Origin: Desulfobacteraceae bacterium
GTDB lineage: Bacteria > Desulfobacterota > Desulfobacteria > Desulfobacterales > SG8-13
Reading direction: 5' to 3'
NCBI GenBank assembly: GCA_029287875.1
Contig: JARFQH010000087.1
Span: forward strand, 1-62,967
Length of the DNA: 62,967 bases
The position numbers were made by a program, and so were the translations under genes. Every line of letters starts with the position of its first letter. The first letter of the stretch is position 1. The notes beneath the pieces were generated by a model that saw only the letters and a program-made list of their open reading frames with translations, had not been told where the DNA came from and did not search any database. Below, in pieces: positions 1 through 10,828 of the stretch.

Positions 1-120
1 TTTTTACTTCAGACTGAGTTGAAGCTCTATCTCTGCAATCATTATAGCCTTCCTTCTGATTCCACATCTCCGCTGCAGATATCTTAGCAACAATTTTGCG
101 AAACCTTTCGGAGGTTCACC

Positions 121-1998
121 ATGGGTGCTGAAGGGTTTAAACGAAAAATCACAGCGATCATGAGTTCCGACGTTGTCGGCTACAGTAAACTCATGGGTGA
201 TGATGAGGCAGCCACTGTTAAGACTCTGGAGGTTTATAAGAGCGTAATGTCTGCGCTCATTGATCAGCATCGTGGCAGGGTTATTGATTCCCCCGGTGAC
301 AACATGCTCTCCGAGTTCGCCAGTGTCGTGGATGCGGTGCAATGTGCCGTTGCGATTCAAAAAGAGTTGAATTCCAGAAATGCTGAATTACCGGAAAATC
401 GAAAAATGCGGTTTCGTATCGGCATTAACCTTGGTGATGTCATCCAGGAAGAGGATCGAATATACGGGGATGGCGTCAACATTGCCGCTAGGCTGGAGGC
501 GCTGGCTGACCCTGCTGGGATCTGTGTCTCTAAAACAGCCTTCGACCATATCGAGACCAAGTTGCCTCTGGGATATGAGTTTCTGGGTGAACAGGAGGTC
601 AAGAATATCGCAAAACCGGTAGGGGCTTATCGAGTGGTTATGGAGCCGAGGGTAACTGTTGCTGATGTAAAGGAAAAGGAAGAGGAAAAGGTAATTCCAT
701 TTTGGCGACGGAAAGCTTCAATCACCGGTGCACTCGCAGTACTTGCCATAATCATTGGTGTAACGGTTTGGCAGTTATATTTACGCCCTCCACCGATTGA
801 GCCTGCATTGATAGAGAAAATGCCGTTTGCCTTGCCTGACAAGCCGTCTATTGCGGTATTACCATTTGATAATCTAAGCAGCGACCCTGAGCAGGAATAT
901 TTCAGTGACGGCCTCACTGACGAGATTATCGCAGTACTTAGCAAGGTTCCGAAGCTATTTGTGATTGCTCGAAACTCGACATTCACGTACAAAGGTAAAC
1001 CCGTAAAGGTCCAGCAAGTTAGCGAGGAATTAGGTGTTCGATATGTTCTGGAGGGGAGTGTTAAAAAGGCCGGAGACAAGATAAGGATAACAGCCCAGTT
1101 GATTGATGCTCTTTCGGGGCATCACTTATGGGCCGAACAGTATGACCGAAAGCTGGACGATATATTTGCCGTTCAAGACGAGATCACAAAAAGTATCATA
1201 ACGGCCATGCAAGTAAAGCTGACTGTGGGCGAGCAAGCCCGATCTGCTGCAAGAGGCACAAATAACCTTGAGGCCTATCTAAAGTACTTGCAGGCAAATG
1301 AATATATTCAACAGGGAAATATTGAGAGTTACGCTTTGGCAAGGAAATTGGCGGAGCAAGCCATTGCCTTGGACCCGGAATATGCGGCGGCTTACGGAGT
1401 TCTATCTCGACTCCACATTGGTGATTTTTGGTTTGACGCGAGCAAATCCCAAGAACAGTCTTTGACTGAGGCCATAAAGTTGTTACAAAAAGCTATCGAT
1501 TTGGACGATAGTTATGCTGAAGCCCATAGTCTTTTAGGTTGGGTATTTTCACATAAAGGGCAGCATGACAAAGCCCTCGCCCAAGTTCAAAAAGCTGTAA
1601 CACTCGATCCCAATTCGGCTGAATCACATTTTAGACTGGCTAAGGTGCTTAATTTCTCGGACAGGAACGAAGCGGCCATTCTGGAATATAAGATAGCGAT
1701 AAGACAGAATCCTATCCCGCCGAGTATTTACTTTTGGAGTTTAGGATTGGCTTACGCCGAGACGGGGCAATACGATGAAGGAATTGCCTGGTGTGAAAAA
1801 GCGATTAATTGGGAGCCTGATTCTCTGTTCGCTCGTATAATGATGGCCGTGGTTTATAGTTGGTCAGGACGGGATGCGGAAGCTCGAGCTGAAGCCGCTG
1901 AATTGCTTAGGATAAATCCCAACTTTTCACTCGAAAGATTTGCTAAAAGGGCCACACCTAAGCTTGTTGATGCGCTACGGAAAGCGGGTCTGAAATGA
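121..1998 (+). CDS. Class III adenylate/guanylate cyclase domain protein with one TM segment and C-terminal TPR repeats
   Basis: 625-aa ORF. The N-terminal ~190 aa carry nucleotidyl-cyclase hallmarks (IMSSDVVGYSKLMG, SPGDNMLSEF, RFRIGINLGDV, GDGVNIAARLE). There is one hydrophobic helix (ITGALAVLAIIIGVTVW). The C-terminal half shows TPR-like helical pairs (e.g. AEAHSLLGWVFSHKGQHDKALAQVQKAV). Confidence 0.85.
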   Translation: MGAEGFKRKITAIMSSDVVGYSKLMGDDEAATVKTLEVYKSVMSALIDQHRGRVIDSPGDNMLSEFASVVDAVQCAVAIQKELNSRNAELPENRKMRFRIGINLGDVIQEEDRIYGDGVNIAARLEALADPAGICVSKTAFDHIETKLPLGYEFLGEQEVKNIAKPVGAYRVVMEPRVTVADVKEKEEEKVIPFWRRKASITGALAVLAIIIGVTVWQLYLRPPPIEPALIEKMPFALPDKPSIAVLPFDNLSSDPEQEYFSDGLTDEIIAVLSKVPKLFVIARNSTFTYKGKPVKVQQVSEELGVRYVLEGSVKKAGDKIRITAQLIDALSGHHLWAEQYDRKLDDIFAVQDEITKSIITAMQVKLTVGEQARSAARGTNNLEAYLKYLQANEYIQQGNIESYALARKLAEQAIALDPEYAAAYGVLSRLHIGDFWFDASKSQEQSLTEAIKLLQKAIDLDDSYAEAHSLLGWVFSHKGQHDKALAQVQKAVTLDPNSAESHFRLAKVLNFSDRNEAAILEYKIAIRQNPIPPSIYFWSLGLAYAETGQYDEGIAWCEKAINWEPDSLFARIMMAVVYSWSGRDAEARAEAAELLRINPNFSLERFAKRATPKLVDALRKAGLK

Positions 1999-2115
1999 AG
2001 TTAACATAAAAATACTTCCTAAACAGTGCCCAAGCGGCCGGTGTTCAATCGTCGTTTTCGAATTCTCTCAAGGTAATCTCGGTAAAATATCTGTATCCAG
2101 CCACTGGTTACCGGA

Positions 2116-3600
2116 TCACCAGTCGTAGAGGATTTCCCAGTGGGATTGGAAGGAGGGGTCAATAAGACTGTAGCGGTAGGACATGGTTTTGCCGGAACCG
2201 GGCCCCTGGCTGCTGTCTTCTTTCCAGTACCGCAGAGAAACGGCTGGAACCAGATCCGCTATCGGTTTCTCACCCTGTGGATCGGCTGATTCCGGAAGCC
2301 AGGTTTCCTTCTCCTCGATCACCTTCCAGACCGTTCCGTAGCGTTTGCTGCGGACCCTTTCCCCTACGCGGGGCAGGTCCATTTTGCCCCGCAACTCTTT
2401 GAACCGGTAGGCTGAGCGCTCGCTGTGATCCAGTACTTTTTCACCGACGAGCATGATGCCGACGGCGCCGAGGGGAGCGGTGAGCAGAATCGAGAGGACC
2501 GCGACGGCCAGAATGACTTCTCCGGCCGGTATTCCGGCCGCCAGGGGTACGGCGCCGATGGCGGCCTGCACCGTGGCCTTGGGAATGTACGCTACGACGC
2601 AAAACAGTTTTTCCTTGACGGTCAACGGGGTGCCGATCAGCGACAGATAGGTGCCGATACTGCGAAAGACGAGTCCCGCAAGGATGACGGCGGTACCGGC
2701 CAGTCCGGCATCCCAGGCCACGTGAATGTTGACCTGGGCGCCTACCAGCACGAAAAGCAGCAGTTCGGCGAAGACCCACAATTTCTTTAATTTCTGAGAG
2801 ATCAGGTGGGCAATCGGTTCGGATTTTTCAAGGATTACGAAACCGATGGCCATCACCCCCAGTAGGCTCGCAACCGGGACCCATCTTTCGGTGACACTTT
2901 CCAGCCAGGTCAGAAATATGGCGACTCCAAGGACCACGATGGTGCGTTTGGGCGGCCGCCAGTCATACTTTTGGAAGAGTTTCAGCAAGACAAAGCCCGG
3001 CACCAGGCCCACTGCGATTCCCAGCACGATGCTCACGGGGATCTGGGCCAGTTTGGCCCAGATGTGGACATCGCCGACGCCGTACATTCCCAAAAAGATG
3101 GTGAACAGCACGATCACGAAAACATCGTCCACCGACGAGGCCCCCAGGACCAGCGTGGGGATGCCTTTACCGGTTCCCCGACCGCGGTCCATGAAATCGA
3201 TCATCAGCGGCACCACGACGGCCGGGGAAACGGCGCCCAGAACGGAACCGAGCAGCGCCGCATCCAAAAGGCTGATTCCCAGTAGGCGGGGTGCAACCCA
3301 CATCACGCCCAGGATTTCGAAAATCGCGGGTACCGCACTCATGAGCAGCGCCGCCCGCCCGACCCGGTTCAAGGTGTCGCGACGCAGTTCGAAACCGGCC
3401 CGCAGTAGGATAACGATCAGGGCGATCTTGCGAAAATCACCGGAAACCGCCATCGTGGCGGGTGAAATCAGGTTGAGGACATACGGTCCCACGAGTACGC
3501 CTACCAGCAGCATGCCGACCAGGCCGGGCAACTTCAGACGCCGGAACAGGTAGTCGCCGCCCAGGCCCAGAAGTATAATCAATGCGATGCTGAAAGCCAT
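2116..3600 (-). CDS. Cation:proton antiporter (Na+/H+ exchanger family) with ~100-aa soluble C-terminal tail
   Basis: Track ORF 2116..3828 trimmed to the ATG at 3600 (MAFSIALIILLG...), which is preceded by GGAGGTG. The product is polytopic and hydrophobic with the glycine-rich helices typical of CPA exchangers. The upstream 76 codons of the track ORF look non-coding. Confidence 0.85.
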   Translation of the reverse strand: MAFSIALIILLGLGGDYLFRRLKLPGLVGMLLVGVLVGPYVLNLISPATMAVSGDFRKIALIVILLRAGFELRRDTLNRVGRAALLMSAVPAIFEILGVMWVAPRLLGISLLDAALLGSVLGAVSPAVVVPLMIDFMDRGRGTGKGIPTLVLGASSVDDVFVIVLFTIFLGMYGVGDVHIWAKLAQIPVSIVLGIAVGLVPGFVLLKLFQKYDWRPPKRTIVVLGVAIFLTWLESVTERWVPVASLLGVMAIGFVILEKSEPIAHLISQKLKKLWVFAELLLFVLVGAQVNIHVAWDAGLAGTAVILAGLVFRSIGTYLSLIGTPLTVKEKLFCVVAYIPKATVQAAIGAVPLAAGIPAGEVILAVAVLSILLTAPLGAVGIMLVGEKVLDHSERSAYRFKELRGKMDLPRVGERVRSKRYGTVWKVIEEKETWLPESADPQGEKPIADLVPAVSLRYWKEDSSQGPGSGKTMSYRYSLIDPSFQSHWEILYDW

Positions 3601-3727
3601 GTCGGCTTCACCTCCACTCACGAAAACGATTTCAACCCCGATGTGAAACTTAAAAGACGGTCGCCGACGGCTGCACTCGGCTATCTCCGATGTTTCGGCT
3701 CGGTTAGAATGCTTGTGGCCTTGTTCG

Positions 3728-4207
3728 TCATTCTTTGGGAGACGGCGTTTTATCCTGTTCCGCGGCGCTGGCAATCTGCAGCATGTCGGCGAGTTTGCCG
3801 ATTGCCCACAGGATTTTGTCGACTTCAAGGGGATCCATCAGGCGGATTTGTTCGATGAAATGATCCTGCAGGGCTTTGGGGGCCTGCTTGATAAAACGTT
3901 TTCCCTCGTCGGTGACCTCTACGTGAATCTGCCGTCGGTCCCGGCTTTGCCTGACGCGCCGCACCAGGTTGCGCTTCTCGAGACGGTCGACGATTCCGGT
4001 TACGGTCGAGTTGTTGAGATGCAGCGAACGGGTGAGTTCCCCTAGGGAGATCGATTTGTTGTCGCAGATTTCACGGAGGCAGACCAGCTGCGGCACCGTG
4101 ATGTTGTAGTTGTCCTGGATGAACTTGGAGTGAACGGAGAGTTCACGGGCGATGTGCCGCAGGCCACTGACGATTTTCGGGATGGGATCCACCTTATTCG
4201 CTCTCAA
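3728..4207 (-). CDS. MarR family transcriptional regulator
   Basis: 159-aa ORF with a winged-helix core (ITVPQLVCLREICDNKSISLGELTRSLHLNNSTVTGIVDRLEKRNLVRRVRQSRDRRQIHVEVTDEGK). It lies directly upstream of and co-directional with the antiporter. The start is TTG at 4207 or GTG at 4192, unresolved. Confidence 0.85.
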   Translation of the reverse strand: MRANKVDPIPKIVSGLRHIARELSVHSKFIQDNYNITVPQLVCLREICDNKSISLGELTRSLHLNNSTVTGIVDRLEKRNLVRRVRQSRDRRQIHVEVTDEGKRFIKQAPKALQDHFIEQIRLMDPLEVDKILWAIGKLADMLQIASAAEQDKTPSPKE

Positions 4208-4611
4208 TTGTAAGCATGATTTTCTGAAAGGATGGCCGAACGGCCGAGTTCTCGATTAGTCGCCGTCGGTCCGCTATCGCCCTCATCTGCTTAGGGCTCG
4301 CTTAAAAATTACTTACAACATCTATTTTATGAATCGATGGACTTAGTTCCAACTCACTGGGTGATGACATAACTTCACAAAAAGTTCAATCGGTTAAATT
4401 ATTTTAAGGCCGCGGCTAAGAAATAATGACACAAAATTTCGCCTGATTTTGGTTCGTCTACAAGGCACATGCGCCGGCGCCTATCAGGATATGTGCCGGT
4501 GGATGTAAGGTGATAGACGGGTCAAAAGACAAGCAAGACGGGGAATTATCTCCTGCTGCGGTCCCTATAACCGGCGGACGTTTCAATGTCAGGAATCGGC
4601 CACGCCTGGGC

Positions 4612-4653
4612 TTGACAAATAAAGCCGGATCATATATTTTGCATACAAAATAT
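4612..4653 (+). promoter_or_regulatory. Putative sigma70-type promoter overlapped by a 20-bp palindrome (candidate MarR operator)
   Basis: TTGACA (4612-4617), 17-nt spacer, TATTTT (4635-4640). Perfect inverted repeat ATATTTTG-cata-CAAAATAT at 4634-4653. The 11-mer TATATTTTGCA recurs at 4681-4691, just before the kamA-like RBS. Confidence 0.45.
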
Positions 4654-4709
4654 TTCAACTGAAAATAATTTTTTGGCTCGTATATTTTGCAAAGAAAAGG
4701 ATATTGAGT

Positions 4710-6104
4710 ATGCCCGACACCCGGAAAATTGGAAAAGAAAAGTTTCGCCTTTACAACCGCAAAAATTTTCGGTCAATCGGCCAACTGACGTCAATACCTC
4801 GAGAAGTCACAAGAGGCATCGACATTGCGGCGGCCGTTTTTCCGTTTCGCGTCAACAACTACGTTGTGGATGAGTTGATCGACTGGCAAAAGGTCCCGGA
4901 TGATCCGATATTCCGGCTGACCTTTCCGCAACGCGGCATGCTGGAAAAAACGGACCGGGAAGGCATCGAACGGTTGTTCGCCGTCAACGCCCCACAGTCT
5001 GATATCAGACGGGCTGCCGAGCGCATCCAGATGAGGCTCAACCCCCATCCGGCCGGACAGTTGCAATTGAATGTGCCGGTCGAAAACGGTAAGGTGTACA
5101 ACGGGATGCAGCACAAGTACCGGGAGACCGTGCTTTATTTCCCCAGCCATGGTCAGAATTGTCATGCCTATTGCTCCTACTGTTTCCGCTGGGCGCAGTT
5201 TGCCGGCATCGATGGACTGAAGTTCATGAACAAGCGGCCGCAAGACCTGGCCGAATACCTCGACCGCCACCCGGAAGTGACGGACGTCCTTTACACCGGT
5301 GGGGATCCGCTCACCATGAGCACCCGGCTGATCCGGCGCTACGTCGCGCCACTGCTCGATCGAAAACGCGAGGGTCTGTCTACCATCCGCTTCGGCTCCA
5401 AGGCGCTGGCTTACTGGCCCTACCGCTTCCTCACCGACCGTGATGCGGACGACCTCTTGAGGCTCTTCGAGCAGATTGTCGCCGGAGGGCTGCACCTGGC
5501 CATAATGGCCCATTTCAGTCACCCACGCGAATTGGAAACACCGGCAGTCCAGGCGGCCATCAAGCGCATTATCGCTACCGGGGCTCAGATCCGCTGCCAG
5601 GCGCCGCTGGTTCGGCATGTAAACGACAAGCCGGAGATATGGAGCGACATGTGGCGAAAACAGGTCACCCTCGGCGCCGTGCCGTATTACATGTTCGTCC
5701 CGCGCGACACCGGTCCTCAGCATTATTTCGAGGTACCGCTGGGCGACGCATTTCGCATATTTTCCGAAGCCTACCGGAGCGTGTCCGGTCTCTGCCGAAC
5801 GGTGCGGGGGCCCTCCATGTCGGCGACGCCCGGAAAAGTGCTGATTGACGGCATTACAGACATCGGCGGGGAGCGGGTTTTCGCCCTCAAGTTCATTCAG
5901 GGGCGAGAGCCCGAATGGGTCAACCGCATTTTCTTTGCCCGCTATGACGAGACCGCTGTTTGGTTGGATGACCTGCGGCCGGCGTTCGGTGAGAAGCAGT
6001 TTTTCTTCAAGCCTGCCTTAAGGCTCTTGAAGTCCGTACATAGCGAACGGTTTTCTCAACGACAGAAAGTGGGCACCGAAGAAGCCGCCCTGGAGTGCGC
6101 CTGA
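4710..6104 (+). CDS. KamA-family radical SAM protein (lysine 2,3-aminomutase-like)
   Basis: Track ORF 4704..6104, with the ATG at 4710 following AAAGGA. It has a CX3CX2C cluster motif (CHAYCSYC) and KamA-like context (NVPVENGKVYNGMQHKYRETVLYFPS, GGDPLTM). Confidence 0.8.
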   Translation: MPDTRKIGKEKFRLYNRKNFRSIGQLTSIPREVTRGIDIAAAVFPFRVNNYVVDELIDWQKVPDDPIFRLTFPQRGMLEKTDREGIERLFAVNAPQSDIRRAAERIQMRLNPHPAGQLQLNVPVENGKVYNGMQHKYRETVLYFPSHGQNCHAYCSYCFRWAQFAGIDGLKFMNKRPQDLAEYLDRHPEVTDVLYTGGDPLTMSTRLIRRYVAPLLDRKREGLSTIRFGSKALAYWPYRFLTDRDADDLLRLFEQIVAGGLHLAIMAHFSHPRELETPAVQAAIKRIIATGAQIRCQAPLVRHVNDKPEIWSDMWRKQVTLGAVPYYMFVPRDTGPQHYFEVPLGDAFRIFSEAYRSVSGLCRTVRGPSMSATPGKVLIDGITDIGGERVFALKFIQGREPEWVNRIFFARYDETAVWLDDLRPAFGEKQFFFKPALRLLKSVHSERFSQRQKVGTEEAALECA

Positions 6105-6154
6105 TGGCCCTGTAAGGTGCAATTACACTTTTAGTGCGGAAATAAAATTTCCAT

Positions 6155-7669
6155 TCACCGTGGCGACCCGAAGGACCTTGAGTGATCAGAATCCACCGCC
6201 ATTTCGCTCCCGGTTGATTCCTGAAATTTCCACCCACCGCCGAGGGCCTTGTAGAGTCGCACAAGGTTCGAGGTCACCGTCCCTTCGCTGCGGGCCAGTT
6301 CATCCTGAAGGGAGAGCAGGGAGCGCTGAGCGATCAAGACGTTGTTGAAATCAACCAAACCCGCTGCATACTGGTCCTGTGCCAGCAAGACCGCCCGCTG
6401 GGCGGCGGCAGCGGCCGCCTTCAACGATTCCCGCCGGAGCTGTTCCTGGGCGTAAGCCACCAGGGCATTTTCCACTTCTTCCAACGCCAGGAGGATCTTG
6501 GATCCATAGTCATTCAGTACCTGTTCCCGCAGAGCGGACTGGAATTCGATGCGCTGGCGGGCGGCCCCTGCGTCGAATACGTTCCAGAGTATGCTGGGAC
6601 CGATGAGCCACGCTCGGCTGGTTGAATTGAACAGGTCACCGGCTGAAAGGGATTCGAGTCCGATGGTACCCGTCAGAAAGAACTTGGGATAAAGATCGGC
6701 CGTGGCTAAACCGATTCGAGCCGTCTGCCCCGCCAGCAGTCGCTCGAAACGGCGCACGTCGGGCCGATGTAACAGGGTATCTGCGGGCACGCCCACGGCC
6801 ACTGTTAGAGGCGGCACGGGGATGGGCCGGGGTTCGACCAACTCCCGGTTGACCGCACCCGGCTGTTCTCCCAGCAGCACCGACAGGCGATTGTTGGCTG
6901 CCGCCAGGCCGGTCCTCAGGCTCGGAATTTGGGAGCGGGTGGCTTCGAGATTGGTCAACGCCTGCTGAACGGGCAATTCGTTGCTGAGACCGGCCTCGAA
7001 CCGCGAACTGGTGTATGCAAAGGTTTCCGCTTGGGCCGCGATATTGGCTTCGGCCACGGCAAACTGGGCCTGGAATGTGCGCACCTCCATGTAGTTGAGG
7101 GCGACTTCGGCCAAAAGGCTCACCAGAACGTCGTGGAGATTCTCCCAACTGGCTTCGAGGTCCGCCTCGGCCGCCTCCACCGAACGACGCACACCACCGA
7201 ACACGTCCAACTCCCAGCCGGCATCGAAGCCCACCGAATAGAGTTCGCTTTCGGTGCTGTCGCTGCTGCTTACGGTGTTGCGACTTTTAGTGGCCGATCC
7301 CGTTGCATCTATGATGGGGAACAATCTGGCGCGATTGATGCCTCTGAGGGCGCGTGCCTCGCGAACACGGGCCCGGGCGTTTTTTAGATCGAGATTTCCG
7401 CGAACAGCCCGTTCCATAAGACTTGAGAGAGTCGGGTCCTCGAGTGTCGACCACCACTGGGCCAGGGTCTGGGGATCAATGGCGGTGTTGGTCAGACCGT
7501 CCTGGAGTTCGGAGTACCAGGCTGAAGGGAGCTCGGTTTCGGGCTTGACATAATCGGGTCCCACGGCCGAACAGCCGCAGAGAGACAAGAGCGTGCAGGT
7601 TGCGCCCAGCACACGCAGGAGCCTCTGCAGCGTTCCGTCGGCGGACGGCATTCTTTTAATGGTTTTCAT
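6155..7669 (-). CDS. RND efflux outer-membrane factor lipoprotein (NodT family)
   Basis: 504-aa ORF. It has a signal peptide with lipobox (LLSLCGCSA) and the two-repeat OMF architecture. It is the last gene of the adaptor-pump-OMF operon. Confidence 0.9.
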   Translation of the reverse strand: MKTIKRMPSADGTLQRLLRVLGATCTLLSLCGCSAVGPDYVKPETELPSAWYSELQDGLTNTAIDPQTLAQWWSTLEDPTLSSLMERAVRGNLDLKNARARVREARALRGINRARLFPIIDATGSATKSRNTVSSSDSTESELYSVGFDAGWELDVFGGVRRSVEAAEADLEASWENLHDVLVSLLAEVALNYMEVRTFQAQFAVAEANIAAQAETFAYTSSRFEAGLSNELPVQQALTNLEATRSQIPSLRTGLAAANNRLSVLLGEQPGAVNRELVEPRPIPVPPLTVAVGVPADTLLHRPDVRRFERLLAGQTARIGLATADLYPKFFLTGTIGLESLSAGDLFNSTSRAWLIGPSILWNVFDAGAARQRIEFQSALREQVLNDYGSKILLALEEVENALVAYAQEQLRRESLKAAAAAAQRAVLLAQDQYAAGLVDFNNVLIAQRSLLSLQDELARSEGTVTSNLVRLYKALGGGWKFQESTGSEMAVDSDHSRSFGSPR

Positions 7670-7687
7670 ATCGTTTTCTCTTGGGCA

Positions 7688-10600
7688 CTAACTTGTCTTC
7701 GCTTGTTCGCGCCGCCGCTTCCGCCGGGCATAAACTTTTTCCCGCGAAGTCTGGAAGGCGGCATAGAGCGCCGGAATCAGAAAGATACCGACCAGGGTTG
7801 CCGCCAGCATGCCGCTGAACACCGTGGTTCCGATGGCCCGCCGGCTGTTGGCGCCGGCGCCTGAGGCAATCACCAGGGGGAGCACCCCCAGGATGAATGA
7901 AAAGGCGGTCATCAATACAGCCCTGAAACGAATTCGAGCGCCGGCTACCGCGGCGTCGGCAATGGACAGCCCTTCTTCGCGCTGTGTTTTAGCAAACTCC
8001 ACGATAAGAATGGCGTTCTTGCTCGCCAGACCGACCAACAGCACCAGGCCGATCTGGGCGTAAATACTGAGGTCCAGATCACCGATCCACAGGCCGATCA
8101 GGGCTCCTGCGGCCGCCACCGAAATCGATATGATGACCGGCAGTGGGATGGTCCAACTCTCGTATTGACCGACCAGAAAAAGGTAGCCGAACAGCAGGGC
8201 CAGGGCCAACAGAACAGGGGCCTGGCCACTGCTCTTCTGTTCCTGAAAGGAAAGCCCCGACCATTCGTAGCCATACCCGTCGGGTAGGGTTTTAGCCGCT
8301 ATTTGTGCCATCGTTGCAATGGCATCACCCGAGCTGAATCCGGTATTGGCCTCGCCATTGACTTGGGCGGCGGCGAACTGGTTGTAGCGGGTCACCAATT
8401 GGGGTGCCAGTACCGTAGAGATGGAGGCCAAGCTGCTCATCGGCACCATTTTGCCCTCGTCACTGCGCACGTGGAGCTTTCTGATATCATCAACTGCATT
8501 ACGGTAGGGCGCGTCGGCTTGAACCTTGACCTGGAAGACCCGGCTGTAAAGGTTGAAGTCATTGACAAAGCGTGAGCCGAGCTGGGCCTGGAGGGTCGAA
8601 AAAACGCGGCTGACCGGTACGTTGAGGGATTCGGCCTTGGTGCGGTCGAGGTTGAGGAATAGTTGCGGCACGTCGGCCGAATACGTGCTGAACACCGCCC
8701 GGAGAGTCGGGTCCTGGTTGGCGGCCACCACAAGGGCGCGGGTTACGGCGGAAAGCTCCTGGGGGCTCTTGTTTCCCAGGGCCTGCAGACGGAAATCGAA
8801 CCCGCCCGTATTGCCCAGGCCCCGGATGGCCGGCGGACTGAACGCGAAGATGTTGGCCGCCGGGATCGAGGCCAACTCACGGCGCACTCGGCCCAAGAGG
8901 CCCTTGAGCTGCAGATCGGGGGTGTTGCGTTCATCCCAGGGGTCAAGCACGACGACACCCAGGCCGACGTTTTCACTGGCTCCGCTTATAATGCTGAAAC
9001 CGCTGACGGCAATCACATCCGCTACGCCGGGGGTTTTCTTGAGGCGTTCGGAAACCTGTTGCATCACCGTGTTGGTGCGCGCCAGGGCCGATGCTTCGGG
9101 CAGCTGGACATTGATAAAGAAGACACCCTGGTCCTCACTGGGCAGGAAACTGGTCGGGCGGTTGACGAACAGGAAATAGGCGGCACCGAATATCAGGATG
9201 AAGATCCCCAGAACCACCACCATCCGCCGCAACAGCCAGGTCGACGCGGTCACATAGACGTTGCGTGAGGCATTCAATGCCCGCCTGAACCAGACCAGCG
9301 GTCCCCGCCGGATGGCAGCCGGCCGGCGCAATAGGGTCGCGCACAGGGCCGGACTCAGGCTCAGTGCGTTGAGAGCCGACAGCACAACTGCAGTGGAAAG
9401 TGTCACGGCGAACTGTTTATACAGCTCGCCGGTGATGCCGGGAAGAAATCCCACCGGAACGAAAACGGCCAGAAGGACCAGGGTGGTGGCGATGATCGGT
9501 CCGATCACCTGATTCATGGCCTTGATCGCGGCGTCCTTGGGGTCGAGATCCTCCTCTTCCATGATCCGCTGAACGTTTTCCACCACCACGATGGCGTCGT
9601 CCACTACCAGGCCGATCGCCAGGATAAGTGCGAACAGGGTGATGGTGTTTGCGCTGAAGCCCAGGGCCAGGAGCACCGCGAAAGTGCCGATCAGCGACAC
9701 CGGGATTGTCAGGGTCGGAATCAGGGTCGCCCGCCAATCCTGTAAAAAGAGATAGGTAACCCCCACAACCAGGCAAAAAGTGATAAAGAGCGTCAGTACG
9801 ATTTCCTGGATCGCGGACCGGACGAACTTGGTCGTGTCGTAGACCATCCGGTACTGAATACCCTCGGGGAAACGTTTGGATAGTCGTTTGACTTCGTCAG
9901 CTACCGCCTGCACGGTTTCCAACGCGTTGGCACCGGAGGTCCGGTAAATGGCCATGTTGACTGCCGGGGAACCGTTCAGAGTCGATCTGGAGGAGTAGGA
10001 CTGAGCGCCCAGCTCGACCCGTGCAATGTCCCCTACCCGCACCAGACCCCCCTGCGGATTGGTACGAATGATGATGTTTTTGAAATCTTCGGCTTCATTG
10101 AGACGGCCCTTGGCGCGCAGCGTGTACTGGATTTGCTGCGAATCGCTGCCGGGTGCCGTGCCGATGGAGCCGGTGGCTGCCTGGGCGTTCTGCTCTCGAA
10201 TGGCGGTGACCACGTCATCAGCCGTCAGGGCCAGAGCGGTCAGCCGCTCGGGATCCATCCAGATCCGCATGCTGTAATCCAGGGCGCCGAAAATATAGGC
10301 TTCGCTGACTCCCTTGATGCGCGTCACCGCATCTTTGACATTGATGCTAATGTAATTGCTGAGAAAAAGGGCGTCGCGTGCGCCCTCGGGGGCGAAAAAA
10401 CTGATGACCGTCAGGAAGTCGGAGGAGCGCGTGCGCACCGACACTCCCTGCTCGACGACTTCGGTGGGCAGCTTGGGAACAGCCTGTTGGACGCGATTTT
10501 GGACATTGACCTGGGCGATGTCGGGGTCGGTGCCGACCTCGAAGGTGACGCTCAGGCTGTAACTGCCGTTGTCTGAGCAGGTTGAGGACATGTAGAGCAT

Positions 10601-10825
10601 GTTCTCAACGCCGTTGACTTCGGCCTCGATTGGGGCGGCCACGCTGTTGGCGACCACTTCGGCGCTGGCCCCGGGATAGGTGGTGCTGACGCGGATTTCG
10701 GGGGGCGAGATCTGAGGATACTGGGAGATCGGTATGTTCAACAGTGCAAGCACACCGGCCAGGGTGATGATAATCGACACGACCATTGCCAGCCGCGGCC
10801 TTTCGATGAAAATACGCGAAAACAT
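7688..10825 (-). CDS. RND multidrug efflux permease (AcrB/HAE1 family)
   Basis: 1045-aa ORF beginning [24 protein letters not shown]. It shows the typical 12-TM, two-large-loop organisation and conserved [11 protein letters not shown]. Confidence 0.95.
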   Translation of the reverse strand: MFSRIFIERPRLAMVVSIIITLAGVLALLNIPISQYPQISPPEIRVSTTYPGASAEVVANSVAAPIEAEVNGVENMLYMSSTCSDNGSYSLSVTFEVGTDPDIAQVNVQNRVQQAVPKLPTEVVEQGVSVRTRSSDFLTVISFFAPEGARDALFLSNYISINVKDAVTRIKGVSEAYIFGALDYSMRIWMDPERLTALALTADDVVTAIREQNAQAATGSIGTAPGSDSQQIQYTLRAKGRLNEAEDFKNIIIRTNPQGGLVRVGDIARVELGAQSYSSRSTLNGSPAVNMAIYRTSGANALETVQAVADEVKRLSKRFPEGIQYRMVYDTTKFVRSAIQEIVLTLFITFCLVVGVTYLFLQDWRATLIPTLTIPVSLIGTFAVLLALGFSANTITLFALILAIGLVVDDAIVVVENVQRIMEEEDLDPKDAAIKAMNQVIGPIIATTLVLLAVFVPVGFLPGITGELYKQFAVTLSTAVVLSALNALSLSPALCATLLRRPAAIRRGPLVWFRRALNASRNVYVTASTWLLRRMVVVLGIFILIFGAAYFLFVNRPTSFLPSEDQGVFFINVQLPEASALARTNTVMQQVSERLKKTPGVADVIAVSGFSIISGASENVGLGVVVLDPWDERNTPDLQLKGLLGRVRRELASIPAANIFAFSPPAIRGLGNTGGFDFRLQALGNKSPQELSAVTRALVVAANQDPTLRAVFSTYSADVPQLFLNLDRTKAESLNVPVSRVFSTLQAQLGSRFVNDFNLYSRVFQVKVQADAPYRNAVDDIRKLHVRSDEGKMVPMSSLASISTVLAPQLVTRYNQFAAAQVNGEANTGFSSGDAIATMAQIAAKTLPDGYGYEWSGLSFQEQKSSGQAPVLLALALLFGYLFLVGQYESWTIPLPVIISISVAAAGALIGLWIGDLDLSIYAQIGLVLLVGLASKNAILIVEFAKTQREEGLSIADAAVAGARIRFRAVLMTAFSFILGVLPLVIASGAGANSRRAIGTTVFSGMLAATLVGIFLIPALYAAFQTSREKVYARRKRRREQAKTS

Positions 10826-10828
10826 TTA

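Noticed and set aside
4-360. 118-aa minus-strand ORF at the window start
   Set aside because: It is antisense to the 5' part of the well-supported cyclase gene, has no recognisable motifs or RBS, and has a composition typical of a shadow ORF.
3601-3828. N-terminal extensions offered by the ORF track: antiporter 3601-3828, adaptor 12092-12391, binding protein 34346-34534, permease 35649-35873, ATPase 37629-37841, glpR 39938-40048, glpK 43316-43402, cytochrome 22130-22279, CCG protein 23924-23986
   Set aside because: In every case an internal ATG with a Shine-Dalgarno sequence starts the conserved N-terminus, either a signal peptide or a family motif. The extension overlaps the upstream gene or promoter and reads as low-complexity sequence.
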